Source: an uncultured Alphaproteobacteria bacterium
GTDB taxonomy: Bacteria; Pseudomonadota; Alphaproteobacteria; Rhizobiales; Rhizobiaceae
DNA length: 64,000 nt
Direction of reading: 5' to 3'
Assembly: GCA_963792485.1 (NCBI GenBank)
Contig: CAWBWL010000008.1
Location: 168,871-232,870, forward strand
Part shown: one piece after another, positions 56,224 through 64,000 of the stretch
How the letters are laid out: the number at the start of each line of letters is the position of its first letter
Numbering within the stretch: the first letter of the stretch is position 1
The notes under the pieces: generated by a model
What the model was told of the DNA's origin: nothing
What the model saw: the letters and a program-made list of their open reading frames with translations, nothing else
Database searches by the model: none
Position numbers and translations under genes: made by a program

Positions 56224-56622
56224 ATGAACATGGGCCGGCTGATCGCATCTTCGTTTGTTCTCGCACTGACATCCTGCACCGTCGTGGTCGACGAGCCCGC
56301 GCCCGGCCCCGGCGTTTATCCGCCCCCGCCCGGCCCGCGCCCCGGAATCTGCACGCGCGAATACCGCCCGGTCTGCGCCGTGCGCCCCGGCGAGCGGCAA
56401 ACTTTTCCGAATGCGTGCGCAGCCGAAGCGCAAGGGTTCCGCATTGTCAACAGTGGCGAGTGCCGCCCGATCCGTCCGCCGCAATACGATGAAGGCCCGG
56501 TCGCATGCCCGCAAAACTACAGACCTGTCTGCGCGCGGCAGGGCAATCTGCTGCGCACCTTCCCGAATGAATGCCAGGCGGAAGGCTCGGGCTTCAGGGT
56601 GATTGACGATGGGGAGTGCTGA
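56224..56622 (+). CDS. Lipoprotein with two tandem Kazal-like domains
   Basis: Lipobox LALTSC. Two copies of C-x3-YRPVCA-x6-7-TFPN-x-C-x-AE-x-GFR-x5-GEC, which is the Kazal Cys spacing. Confidence 0.65.
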   Translation: MNMGRLIASSFVLALTSCTVVVDEPAPGPGVYPPPPGPRPGICTREYRPVCAVRPGERQTFPNACAAEAQGFRIVNSGECRPIRPPQYDEGPVACPQNYRPVCARQGNLLRTFPNECQAEGSGFRVIDDGEC

Positions 56623-57291
56623 ATCCGCCTGACAGTCATGGCGCATCCAGCAAATCCTGTTTGCGCACAATCGTCCGCAGTCCATCGACTCTTTGCGCGA
56701 CCGGCACAGACTGACCGACCTGGCAAGCCTTCCCCGTTACCACGCCCCGTTTCCGGTCTGGTCATTGAGGGGTAGTTGCAGGAAACAGGGTGTGTGGTCC
56801 TGCCTTCTGTAATTTTTGTATGTGGCATCGCCACACACCCTGCCAGTGTGCTTGCCCGGGGTGAGGGAACGCCGCACGCCGAAGACGGTGGGTTGACTGG
56901 GCGGCCGCACGAAGTGCCGCGCACTGGCCTCAGCTTGTCAAAGCTGAGACGGGCGCCCCGGCTGTGGAAGCCAAAACGCGCCAACCCGGATTCCGTCCTC
57001 AGGGCTGACCTACGCCCGTCCTCACCGGGGCCTGGTCTTGTGGCTCATCGCCAGCGGGACTGCCGACCTAATCCCGCTCACCAGCACCGCCGCCCTCCAC
57101 GACGCCCGGTTCGCGAACCGTGTCCCGCCAAGAGCGATGGGGCAAGTATCCATCAGATTTGGAGGCTGGGTATGAGATTTCGCAGACCACTTTATAAGCC
57201 ATTGAAAAGGCGTGGACTTATTTTTTCTGAGTGGATTTTTATCCCCCAATATTGAAGAAGCGGCACTGCGCGAGGAAACACGCGCCAAGTC

Positions 57292-57495
57292 TTAATCCAT
57301 CAGAATAAACGTCACCTTCAGATTGACGCGGTATTCGATGACCTTGCCGTCCCGGATCGACATTTTCTGGTCCTTGACCCAGGCGCTTTCGACATTTTTC
57401 AACGTCTTCACCGCCCGCGCCACGCCCTGCGCAATGGCATCGTCAAAGCTCTTGGTCGAAGCGGAAATGATTTCGGTGACGCGTGCGACTGACAT
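57292..57495 (-). CDS. Dodecin-family flavin-binding protein
   Basis: MSVARVTEIISASTKSFDDAIAQGVARAVKTLKN ... canonical dodecin. Confidence 0.85.
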   Translation of the reverse strand: MSVARVTEIISASTKSFDDAIAQGVARAVKTLKNVESAWVKDQKMSIRDGKVIEYRVNLKVTFILMD

Positions 57496-57701
57496 GATGT
57501 CCTCCCTTGGGTTGCAATGGAGAAAGTGTCAGCCGCGAATGGGGCGGGAATGTGGGGATCAACGCCCCGGATCACCGGCCTTGCGGAACAGCTGCCAAAC
57601 ATTGCGCAGAATTCCGCCGACGACCTAGCCGGCGCCGGTAGCCAGCAAGGTCAGCGCGATGCCGTTTGCGGTCCGGAAGCCGCGCAAGAGGGGTTTCGTG
57701 G

Positions 57702-58094
57702 CTATGAAAGTTTTGCTCCAAGTTCGGTGCTTACTTCGACGGCGGCGTCGTCATCTGCTTCGCCATAACGCCGCGTGCAGGACGCGCCTTTCATAAACGG
57801 ATATCTCAGCAGGACCGGAGCCACCATTTTCAAAAGCGCGTCCGCATCCGGGCCGTAAAAATAGAAGGAGCCATCGCTGTTATCCATGGCGATTTCGTGG
57901 CCGTCATACTCGGCGGGAAAGGCTTCATGGAGAGCTTCGTCCAACTCAAAAAACGGGTCATCCGAAGGTAAGCCGTAACCGAACCGCACAATGAGCGCCT
58001 GCTTTGGTATATTCCGGATATCCGTCTCGCTTTGCCTCGATGACACTTCGGAGTCCGGGCCAAACCGGCCAAAAAGCTTAGATAAAATGCTCAT
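57702..58094 (-). CDS. Hypothetical protein
   Basis: Last gene of a three-gene minus-strand operon. No homolog recognised. Confidence 0.45.
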   Translation of the reverse strand: MSILSKLFGRFGPDSEVSSRQSETDIRNIPKQALIVRFGYGLPSDDPFFELDEALHEAFPAEYDGHEIAMDNSDGSFYFYGPDADALLKMVAPVLLRYPFMKGASCTRRYGEADDDAAVEVSTELGAKLS

Positions 58095-58168
58095 ACCCCA
58101 CCCGCCCCGCAACAGAATGCTTCGTCTCTATCAGAGCGTCAGCGCAGAACACAACTGCGAATTGGCCC

Positions 58169-58759
58169 TCACCGCCCGTTGACCAGCCCCAATATCAGCC
58201 GGTGCACAGCGCCGCCGTCGGACATTTCGACCTTATCAAAGGCGCGGGACTTGGCTTTATAAGCCTCGTTCGCCGCCTTGACGCGGTTCAGAACTTCAGT
58301 GCGGATCAGCCTGCAGCCGGGGTCGTTTTCGATGCGCAGGCCGGTGGTGGCGGTAATGATGTCTTCCGTCATGGAAAGGATGTCCGCGCCGTGGACCTTC
58401 TCATGCGCGGTGATGCCTGAAATGAAAGTCTTCCACAGCCGGGCAGTGTCGCCATCAAGTTTCGCCTTGGGCCTTGGCACCGTGGTAGTGATGGTGAGGA
58501 ACGGGATGGCGGATTTCAGCACGCAGGCGCTGCCATCGGGCTGGTAATCCCGACGCCATTTCAGATCCCAGTTTGTATGCGCAATAGCGCGGACCTTGCC
58601 GATCAGAGGGCCGCGCTCGCCGATGGAAGTGTAGAGGTCGATGGGGGCGGAGCCGGAGACGGCGTAGGTTTTGGTGACGAATTTCGGCTGCCATTCGGCG
58701 GCGTGGGCGGGGGTGAGAAGCAGGAGGAGAAAAGGGATGATCGAATGGCGGAGCTTCAT
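58169..58759 (-). CDS. DUF922-like secreted protein with HExxH motif (putative Zn-dependent peptidase)
   Basis: Signal peptide. ITAHEKVHG HExxH motif. The DUF922 assignment is from memory. Confidence 0.55.
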   Translation of the reverse strand: MKLRHSIIPFLLLLLTPAHAAEWQPKFVTKTYAVSGSAPIDLYTSIGERGPLIGKVRAIAHTNWDLKWRRDYQPDGSACVLKSAIPFLTITTTVPRPKAKLDGDTARLWKTFISGITAHEKVHGADILSMTEDIITATTGLRIENDPGCRLIRTEVLNRVKAANEAYKAKSRAFDKVEMSDGGAVHRLILGLVNGR

Positions 58760-58845
58760 GCGCCATGAAGTAACATGAAGCATCGGGCATGTCGCGTGCT
58801 CCGGCTTTCCTTTGGACGAGATAAGTCGCGGGGCGTCACACCACT

Positions 58846-59868
58846 TTACCCTGCTGACTTTATCGGCGCGCCAATCGCAATCGCGTAAATCGGCGCGCAG
58901 GTGATGCGGCTCGGAAGTTCGAGCAAGTCGAACAGCGGCTCGTGACTCAAGGCGGCAGTGGGACAGGCAGCCAGCCCGGCATCGGTCGCCGCAAGCAGCA
59001 TGTTCTGTCCGATGTGGCCAGCCTCGATCAAAACGACGCGATATGCATTCGGGTCGTCATATTTCCACATCGTCCGTTCAAAAAATGCGGCGAGGACAAT
59101 CAAGCAGGACATTTCGCCGGCCCAATCCTGATTGCCGATCACATCGCCAAGTTTCTCCGGCAGTTCACCCGCCAGACGGCCCAGAGTGTGGTCTATGGCT
59201 GAATAGTGATAAATTCCTGGGGCAAGGCCGTCGACCTTGCGCGCGAAGAGATAGGCTTCATAGGGGTTCCGGCCACCGCCCGATGGCGTCATCGACAGCG
59301 GCAGCTCCGTCACCGCGTTCTTGACCGATCCCGTAATGCCCATTCCGGAAAAGAGAATGTCCGACACGGCTTGCAGCGGAACGGCCGCGCCGGAAGGCTC
59401 CCGGTCTGACCGGCGGCGCGCCATGAGTCGAATGAGTTCCGATCTTTCGGAGGATTTGGCAAGCGCCGGTCCCGGCTCCAAGCCCGAATTGTCCGCGTAC
59501 AAATCAGGGAAGCCGAGACGAGTGGCACTCGCCATCTGTTTGGCCTCGCCCTGTTCGAGCGATTGATAGGAATTGCCCTGAACGCTGAAATGGAAAAGGG
59601 CGGCGGGCAGGCCCCATGCCCATTTCTCCTGAAACTCCCGCTCGGCTGCATCTTCCTTCGAGTCTGCGGCGACCATTGCCCCAAGCTCGACATATGCCCG
59701 CGCGTCGTCTGTCGCCAGCCCATCGGCCTCGGTCCATTCCTTGTTGTCGTTCAGCACGTCCAGCAGCGCGCCCGAACTTTCAAAGGCGGACTTCTGCAAA
59801 AAGTTGAAGCCCGCGACGCTGGTGTCGGCGAGGCTGAAAACCAGGGCGGACGAGGTTCGGTTTTTCAT
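58846..59868 (-). CDS. SagB/ThcOx-family (nitroreductase-fold) dehydrogenase
   Basis: TPSGGGRNPYEAYLF and the C-terminal nitroreductase-like region match the SagB-type dehydrogenase signature. There is an about 150-aa N-terminal extension. Confidence 0.7.
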   Translation of the reverse strand: MKNRTSSALVFSLADTSVAGFNFLQKSAFESSGALLDVLNDNKEWTEADGLATDDARAYVELGAMVAADSKEDAAEREFQEKWAWGLPAALFHFSVQGNSYQSLEQGEAKQMASATRLGFPDLYADNSGLEPGPALAKSSERSELIRLMARRRSDREPSGAAVPLQAVSDILFSGMGITGSVKNAVTELPLSMTPSGGGRNPYEAYLFARKVDGLAPGIYHYSAIDHTLGRLAGELPEKLGDVIGNQDWAGEMSCLIVLAAFFERTMWKYDDPNAYRVVLIEAGHIGQNMLLAATDAGLAACPTAALSHEPLFDLLELPSRITCAPIYAIAIGAPIKSAG

Positions 59869-59900
59869 GGCACGTTCGAATCAGCTTCTGGAGGAAAAAT

Positions 59901-59930
59901 GCCTCCCCCGTGCGGGCACGGGGGAGGCAG
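59901..59930 (-). terminator. Intrinsic terminator (on minus strand: CCTCCCCCGTGC-CCGC-ACGGGGGAGG followed by CATTTTTCC) between the small ORF and the SagB-like gene
   Basis: Perfect 12-bp GC stem followed by a T-tract in the direction of transcription. Confidence 0.6.
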
Positions 59931-59935
59931 GCGGG

Positions 59936-60031
59936 TCAGACCTTGTTGAACCTCATGCCGGGCTTCACGAAAATGGACAGGGACCTGCCCGCAGCAGGAG
60001 CGATCTTTGGGAGATGAATGGTCTTGGTCAT
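59936..60031 (-). CDS. Candidate 31-aa ORF (MTKTIHLPKIAPAAGRSLSIFVKPGMRFNKV) upstream of the SagB-like gene
   Basis: ATG preceded by an AAAAGG-type RBS. It is followed by the intrinsic terminator, then the SagB-like gene starts 68 nt after the stop. No Cys/Ser/Thr enrichment. Coding status unproven. Confidence 0.2.
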   Translation of the reverse strand: MTKTIHLPKIAPAAGRSLSIFVKPGMRFNKV

Positions 60032-60243
60032 TTTTTTGCCTTTTCTGGGTTGGGTTAACAACGACCTTTTTTAGTTGTGTATCTGCAATAGTTGCAACTT
60101 GAAATTGCTTCTTTACGTAAGGAAAATTTGCGCACGATCAGCGGCTCGTGTGCTGAATTCGCTTATTTCAGCGGTCAGTAGAATCGGTGCAAATACCAAA
60201 TTCGTAGAAGGGGAGAACTTCTATGAACAAGGGGTTAAAAAGA

Positions 60244-60455
60244 TGATTAACACAAATGCAAGAGAGCTAAAAGTCAACATATTCCCTTCGCCTAGCCTAT
60301 CGTCGAGCGTAATCCTGCAAGATATTGTTCGTGGCTTGAATGAAGCGAAAAAGTTCGCCGAAATGCATTCTGATCGGGAAATACTATATTTTATATCAAT
60401 GGCACTTCATTGCACCAAAGAGAAACTATTACTCTCTATATATGATAGTAATTGA
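60244..60455 (+). CDS. Hypothetical 70-aa protein in AT-rich islet
   Basis: GC about 35% in a roughly 62% GC background. RBS AAGGGG before ATGATTAAC. Divergent from the XRE regulator gene. Confidence 0.3.
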
Positions 60456-60483
60456 GTGCATGATCAAAGTATTAGGAGATTTT

Positions 60484-61218
60484 TTATGGAAACGCAAGAA
60501 CTTCTGAAGCCTGATGAAATTTTACCTTGCGCATTGCTTTCCAGACCTTTGTTCTCTTTGGCACGGCAGTAATATAGAAACTCACTTTGCCATATTCGCT
60601 ATCAGGAGAAACATCGGCCAAACCTGCGTAGATGATATCTGAAGACGCCACCACACGCCCGACAAGGAAGGTGGGTGGCGTATTTTTTTTCAAATCGACG
60701 CCGATAAAGAACGCCAAGCCATCCCGGAAAACTATGATTCCCGAATGCACGCCCCGCCCACGCGGATGTAGGACGCCAGCAACGCCTCCCGGCCTTGTTA
60801 TCCGCCTAAAACTAGTAACACCTCCCTCACGCTTTACCGCCATCAATGAGCAAGCAACGAGATTTGGATCTTCGGGCACAGAAAAGTTGACGTAATACAA
60901 CCCATCGATTAGCGCCGGCCGGGTTGACAACCTCTCAGCTGAAACCACGCGTTCGATGAACTTCCTCTGCCGGTCCGTCAGCGCCTCAATATTCCGAAAA
61001 TCCGTTTCAGGATCCGCCTCCCGAAACAGCGTTCCGACATCCACCTGAAAATACGCGCAGATATTGTCGATCACCCGCTCGTTTGGCAGGTTCTTGCCGG
61101 TCACATAGCTGTTGAACTGCTGCCTGTTCAGCCCAAGCTCGCGCGCAACGTGGGCGTGGCTTTTCTCTTTCGCACACAGCCGGCGAAGATTGCCCGAGAA
61201 AATAGCGCGTATCGACAT
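60484..61218 (-). CDS. XRE-family HTH transcriptional regulator with an uncharacterised C-terminal domain of about 150 aa
   Basis: LRRLCAKEKSHAHVARELGLNRQQFNSYVTGKNLPN is a HTH_3 motif. The C-terminal domain is not recognised and has no S24 peptidase motif. Confidence 0.7.
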   Translation of the reverse strand: MSIRAIFSGNLRRLCAKEKSHAHVARELGLNRQQFNSYVTGKNLPNERVIDNICAYFQVDVGTLFREADPETDFRNIEALTDRQRKFIERVVSAERLSTRPALIDGLYYVNFSVPEDPNLVACSLMAVKREGGVTSFRRITRPGGVAGVLHPRGRGVHSGIIVFRDGLAFFIGVDLKKNTPPTFLVGRVVASSDIIYAGLADVSPDSEYGKVSFYITAVPKRTKVWKAMRKVKFHQASEVLAFP

Positions 61219-61391
61219 TGACTGTCTGGGATAGTGCCCGCCCCTGTGAGAACTTGTCCGGCCAGGACTCTTTTGATTTTATAGTCTGGCCTGCCCTTGG
61301 GGAACTATAATCCACAAAAAACGTTCCCGAAAACCGGACTTAGGTTGCATTTTTTGCGAATCAAGTTTGCGGCGCGCGCATCTGGCGAGCA

Positions 61392-64000
61392 TTAACGCCC
61401 CGGCCTTCCCGTCTTCCCCGGCCGCCGCTTCGCCCGCTTCGCATCCCCCGCATCCTCATACGACCCCGCCCCGGCCCGCTCGCGCCGCACCGGCCTGACA
61501 TCCGAACCCAGCGGAACTTCCGTCCGCCCGACCGTCATCTCGTCCAGCTTGTTCTTGCGGAACAGCCCGCCGCCCTGCGAGCCGGCCGTCCGGCCGCGTG
61601 ACGGGCTGCCGGTTTCCATCTCCCGCGCCATCGGGTCATCGGCGATCGCAAGTTCCGTCTCCCTCAGCCGCTTGATCTCGTCGCGCAGCCTTGCGGCGGT
61701 TTCGAAGTCGAGGTCGGTGGCGGCGAGGCGCATTTGTTTTTCGAGATGCTCGATATGGGTCTTGAGGTTCGCCCCCATCATCGCGCCCTGTTCGGCGAAG
61801 CCGGAAATGTCGGCGCGCACATGGTCGCGCTCGTAGACCGAGCCGAGAATGTCGCCGATATTCTTCTTGATGCTTTCCGGCGTGATGCCGTTTTCGAGAT
61901 TGAACTGCGCCTGCTTCTCGCGGCGGCGGCTGGTCTCGGCCATCGCCCGCTCCATCGAGCCGGTGATATGGTCGGCATAGAGAATGACCTTGCCGTCAAC
62001 ATTGCGCGCCGCGCGGCCGATGGTCTGGATCAGCGAGGTTTCCGAGCGCAGGAAGCCCTCCTTGTCGGCGTCGAGAATGGCGACCAGCGCGCATTCGGGA
62101 ATGTCGAGCCCTTCGCGCAAAAGGTTGATGCCGACCAGCACGTCGAATGTGCCGAGCCGCAGGTCGCGCAGGATTTCGATGCGCTCCAGCGTGTCAATGT
62201 CCGAATGCATATAGCGCACCCGCACGCCATGCTCATGCAGATATTCGGTGAGGTCCTCGGCCATGCGCTTGGTCAGCACCGTGACGAGCGTGCGGTAGCC
62301 CTTGGCCGTCGTTTCGCGGATTTCGCCGAGCACATCATCGACCTGCGCCTTGGCGGGGCGCACCTCGACCGGCGGATCGATCAGGCCGGTCGGGCGGATC
62401 ACCTGTTCGGCGAACACGCCGCCGGACTGCTCCAGCTCCCACTTGCCTGGCGTGGCGGAGACGGCCACGGTCAAAGGCCGCATCGCGTCCCATTCCTCGA
62501 AGCGCAGCGGGCGGTTGTCCATGCAGGACGGCAGGCGGAAGCCGTATTCGGCCAGCGTCGCCTTGCGGCGGAAATCGCCCCGGTACATCGCGCCGATCTG
62601 CGGGAATGGTCACATGGCTCTCGTCGATGAACACCAGCGCATTGTCCGGCACATATTCAAACAGCGTCGGCGGCGGCTCGCCGGGCTTGCGGCCGGTCAG
62701 ATAGCGCGAATAATTTTCGATGCCGGCGCAGGAGCCGGTCGCTTCCAGCATTTCAATGTCGAACGTGCAGCGCTGCTCCAGCCGCTGCGCTTCAAGCAGA
62801 CGCCCGGCGCGGTTCAGCTCCTCCAGCCGCATTTTCAGCTCGGCCTTGATGCTCTTCACCGCCTGCTGCAGCGTCGGGCGCGGCGTGACATAATGCGAGT
62901 TGGCGTAGATCTTCACCTGCTTGAGGTCGTCGGTCTTCTGGCCGGTCAGCGGGTCGAACTCGGTGATGCTTTCGATCTCGTCGCCAAACAGGGTGATGCG
63001 CCAGGCCCGGTCTTCCAGATGCGCCGGGAACAGTTCGAGCGTGTCGCCGCGCACCCGGAATGAGCCGCGGGTGAAATCCATGTCGCGGCGCTTGTATTGC
63101 TGCGCCACCAGATCGGCGAGCAGCTGCCGCTGGTCGATCCGGTCGCCGACCTTCATCTGGAAGGTCATGGCCGTGTAGGTTTCAACCGAGCCGATGCCGT
63201 AAATGCACGAGACTGAGGCGACGATGATGACATCGTCCCGCTCCATCAGCGAGCGCGTCGCGGAATGGCGCATCCGGTCGATCTGCTCGTTGATCGAGCT
63301 TTCCTTCTCGATGAACGTGTCGGTGCGCGGCACATAGGCTTCCGGCTGGTAATAATCGTAATAGGAGACGAAATATTCGACCGCATTGTTCGGAAACAGC
63401 TGCTTCATCTCGCCATAAAGCTGCGCCGCCAGCGTCTTGTTCGGCGCGAGGATAATGGCCGGCCGCTGCGTCTCCTGGATCACCTGCGCGGCGGTGAAGG
63501 TCTTGCCCGAGCCGGTGACGCCGAGCAGCACCTGGGTGCGGTCGTCATTGGCGATGCCCTCGACCAGATCCCGGATCGCCGTCGGCTGGTCGCCGGACGG
63601 GTGTGAACTCGGTGACCATCTCGAACCGCACGTCGCCTTCGGATTTCTCCGGACGCGCGGGCCGGTGCGGCGTCCACTTCTTGCCGTTCTTGAACAGCGG
63701 ATTGCCGGACTCGATCAGGGCGGCCAGCGCCTCGACGGTGGCCGTCACGCCGGACGGCAGCCTCGCGGCGTCCTCAAGCGAAATATCCAGGCCGGCGACC
63801 GGATTAAGTCCGGCGGCGGCGCGGGTTTTCGGATCGGACGAGCCGCCAATGGACGTGCCGCGCGAGGTGCGCAGATTGCCCGTCGCCTTCTTGATATTGT
63901 CCGCCCGCGCCGCGTCATTCGGATCAACCGGCTTTTCCCGCTGCGCAGCCTTCTCCGCCTTGACCCGGTGCGTGCCAGCCTTGGAGCGGATCTCGCGCGT
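61392..64000 (-). pseudogene. uvrB: Excinuclease ABC subunit B, at least two frameshifts (about 62340-62590 and 63530-63600). The N-terminal extension may continue past the window end.
   Basis: [10 protein letters not shown] Walker A, helicase motifs, the beta-hairpin region and the C-terminal UvrB/UvrC interaction domain ([11 protein letters not shown]) are spread over three frames. Confidence 0.9.

Noticed and set aside
56517-57288. ORFs 56517..56984 (-), 56776..57255 (+) and 57022..57288 (-) in the 650-bp gap
   Set aside because: Arg/Pro/Ser-rich translations with no homolog and no RBS. The region is treated as non-coding (a possible RNA) rather than protein-coding.
56623-57291. Considered RNase P RNA, tmRNA (one- or two-piece), SRP RNA or 6S RNA for the non-coding block
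   Set aside because: Could not find the universally conserved motifs (GGAAAGTCCGG of RNase P P4, the tmRNA tag ORF and GGTTCGA T-arm, the SRP GGAA tetraloop domain). Needs a covariance-model search before any call.
61734-63063. Plus-strand ORFs 61734..62630 and 62302..63063
   Set aside because: Antisense to uvrB.

Overview
High-GC (about 60-63%) chromosomal segment that looks alphaproteobacterial, probably Hyphomicrobiales/Rhizobiales. Basis: dnaG-rpoD adjacency, carA separated from carB, a BA14K-family protein, an HlyU-like protein and an extensin-like lipoprotein. The backbone is housekeeping: ycgN, an OmpA-family protein with a long Ala/Glu/Lys repeat, yqhA, dnaG, rpoD, carA, carB, a two-component pair, a fasciclin protein, greA, trxB, a LysR regulator, transporters, an enolase-superfamily dehydratase, an L,D-transpeptidase and uvrB. 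The middle of the window, about 26.7-38.5 kb, is an accessory patchwork. It holds a translationally coupled two-gene cassette (129-aa protein plus an 879-aa DUF4132-like protein) lying between imperfect 68-bp direct repeats of the carB 3-prime terminus, and a higBA toxin-antitoxin module beside two tandem tRNA-like sequences. It also holds an SPFH protein, cspA, a 176-bp near-perfect palindrome, and aatA with a degenerate duplicate of its own 3-prime end. The aatA duplicate abuts a low-GC islet carrying a nucleoside-hydrolase-like secreted protein, an IS110-type transposase N-terminal stub, REP/MITE-like repeats and a HepT/MntA toxin-antitoxin pair. Other accessory-looking spots are a low-GC single-gene islet with a secreted beta-propeller-like protein (21.8-23.0 kb), an AT-rich islet with an XRE-family regulator and a small divergent ORF (60.06-61.2 kb), a SagB/ThcOx-type dehydrogenase operon preceded by a 31-aa ORF and an intrinsic terminator, and a 650-bp GC-rich non-coding block that may encode a structured RNA. 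Many genes, including the essential rpoD, dnaG, carB and uvrB, are interrupted by 1-bp indels. This more likely reflects sequence error than true pseudogenes, but as written these genes cannot be translated intact. No CRISPR array and no rRNA were seen.
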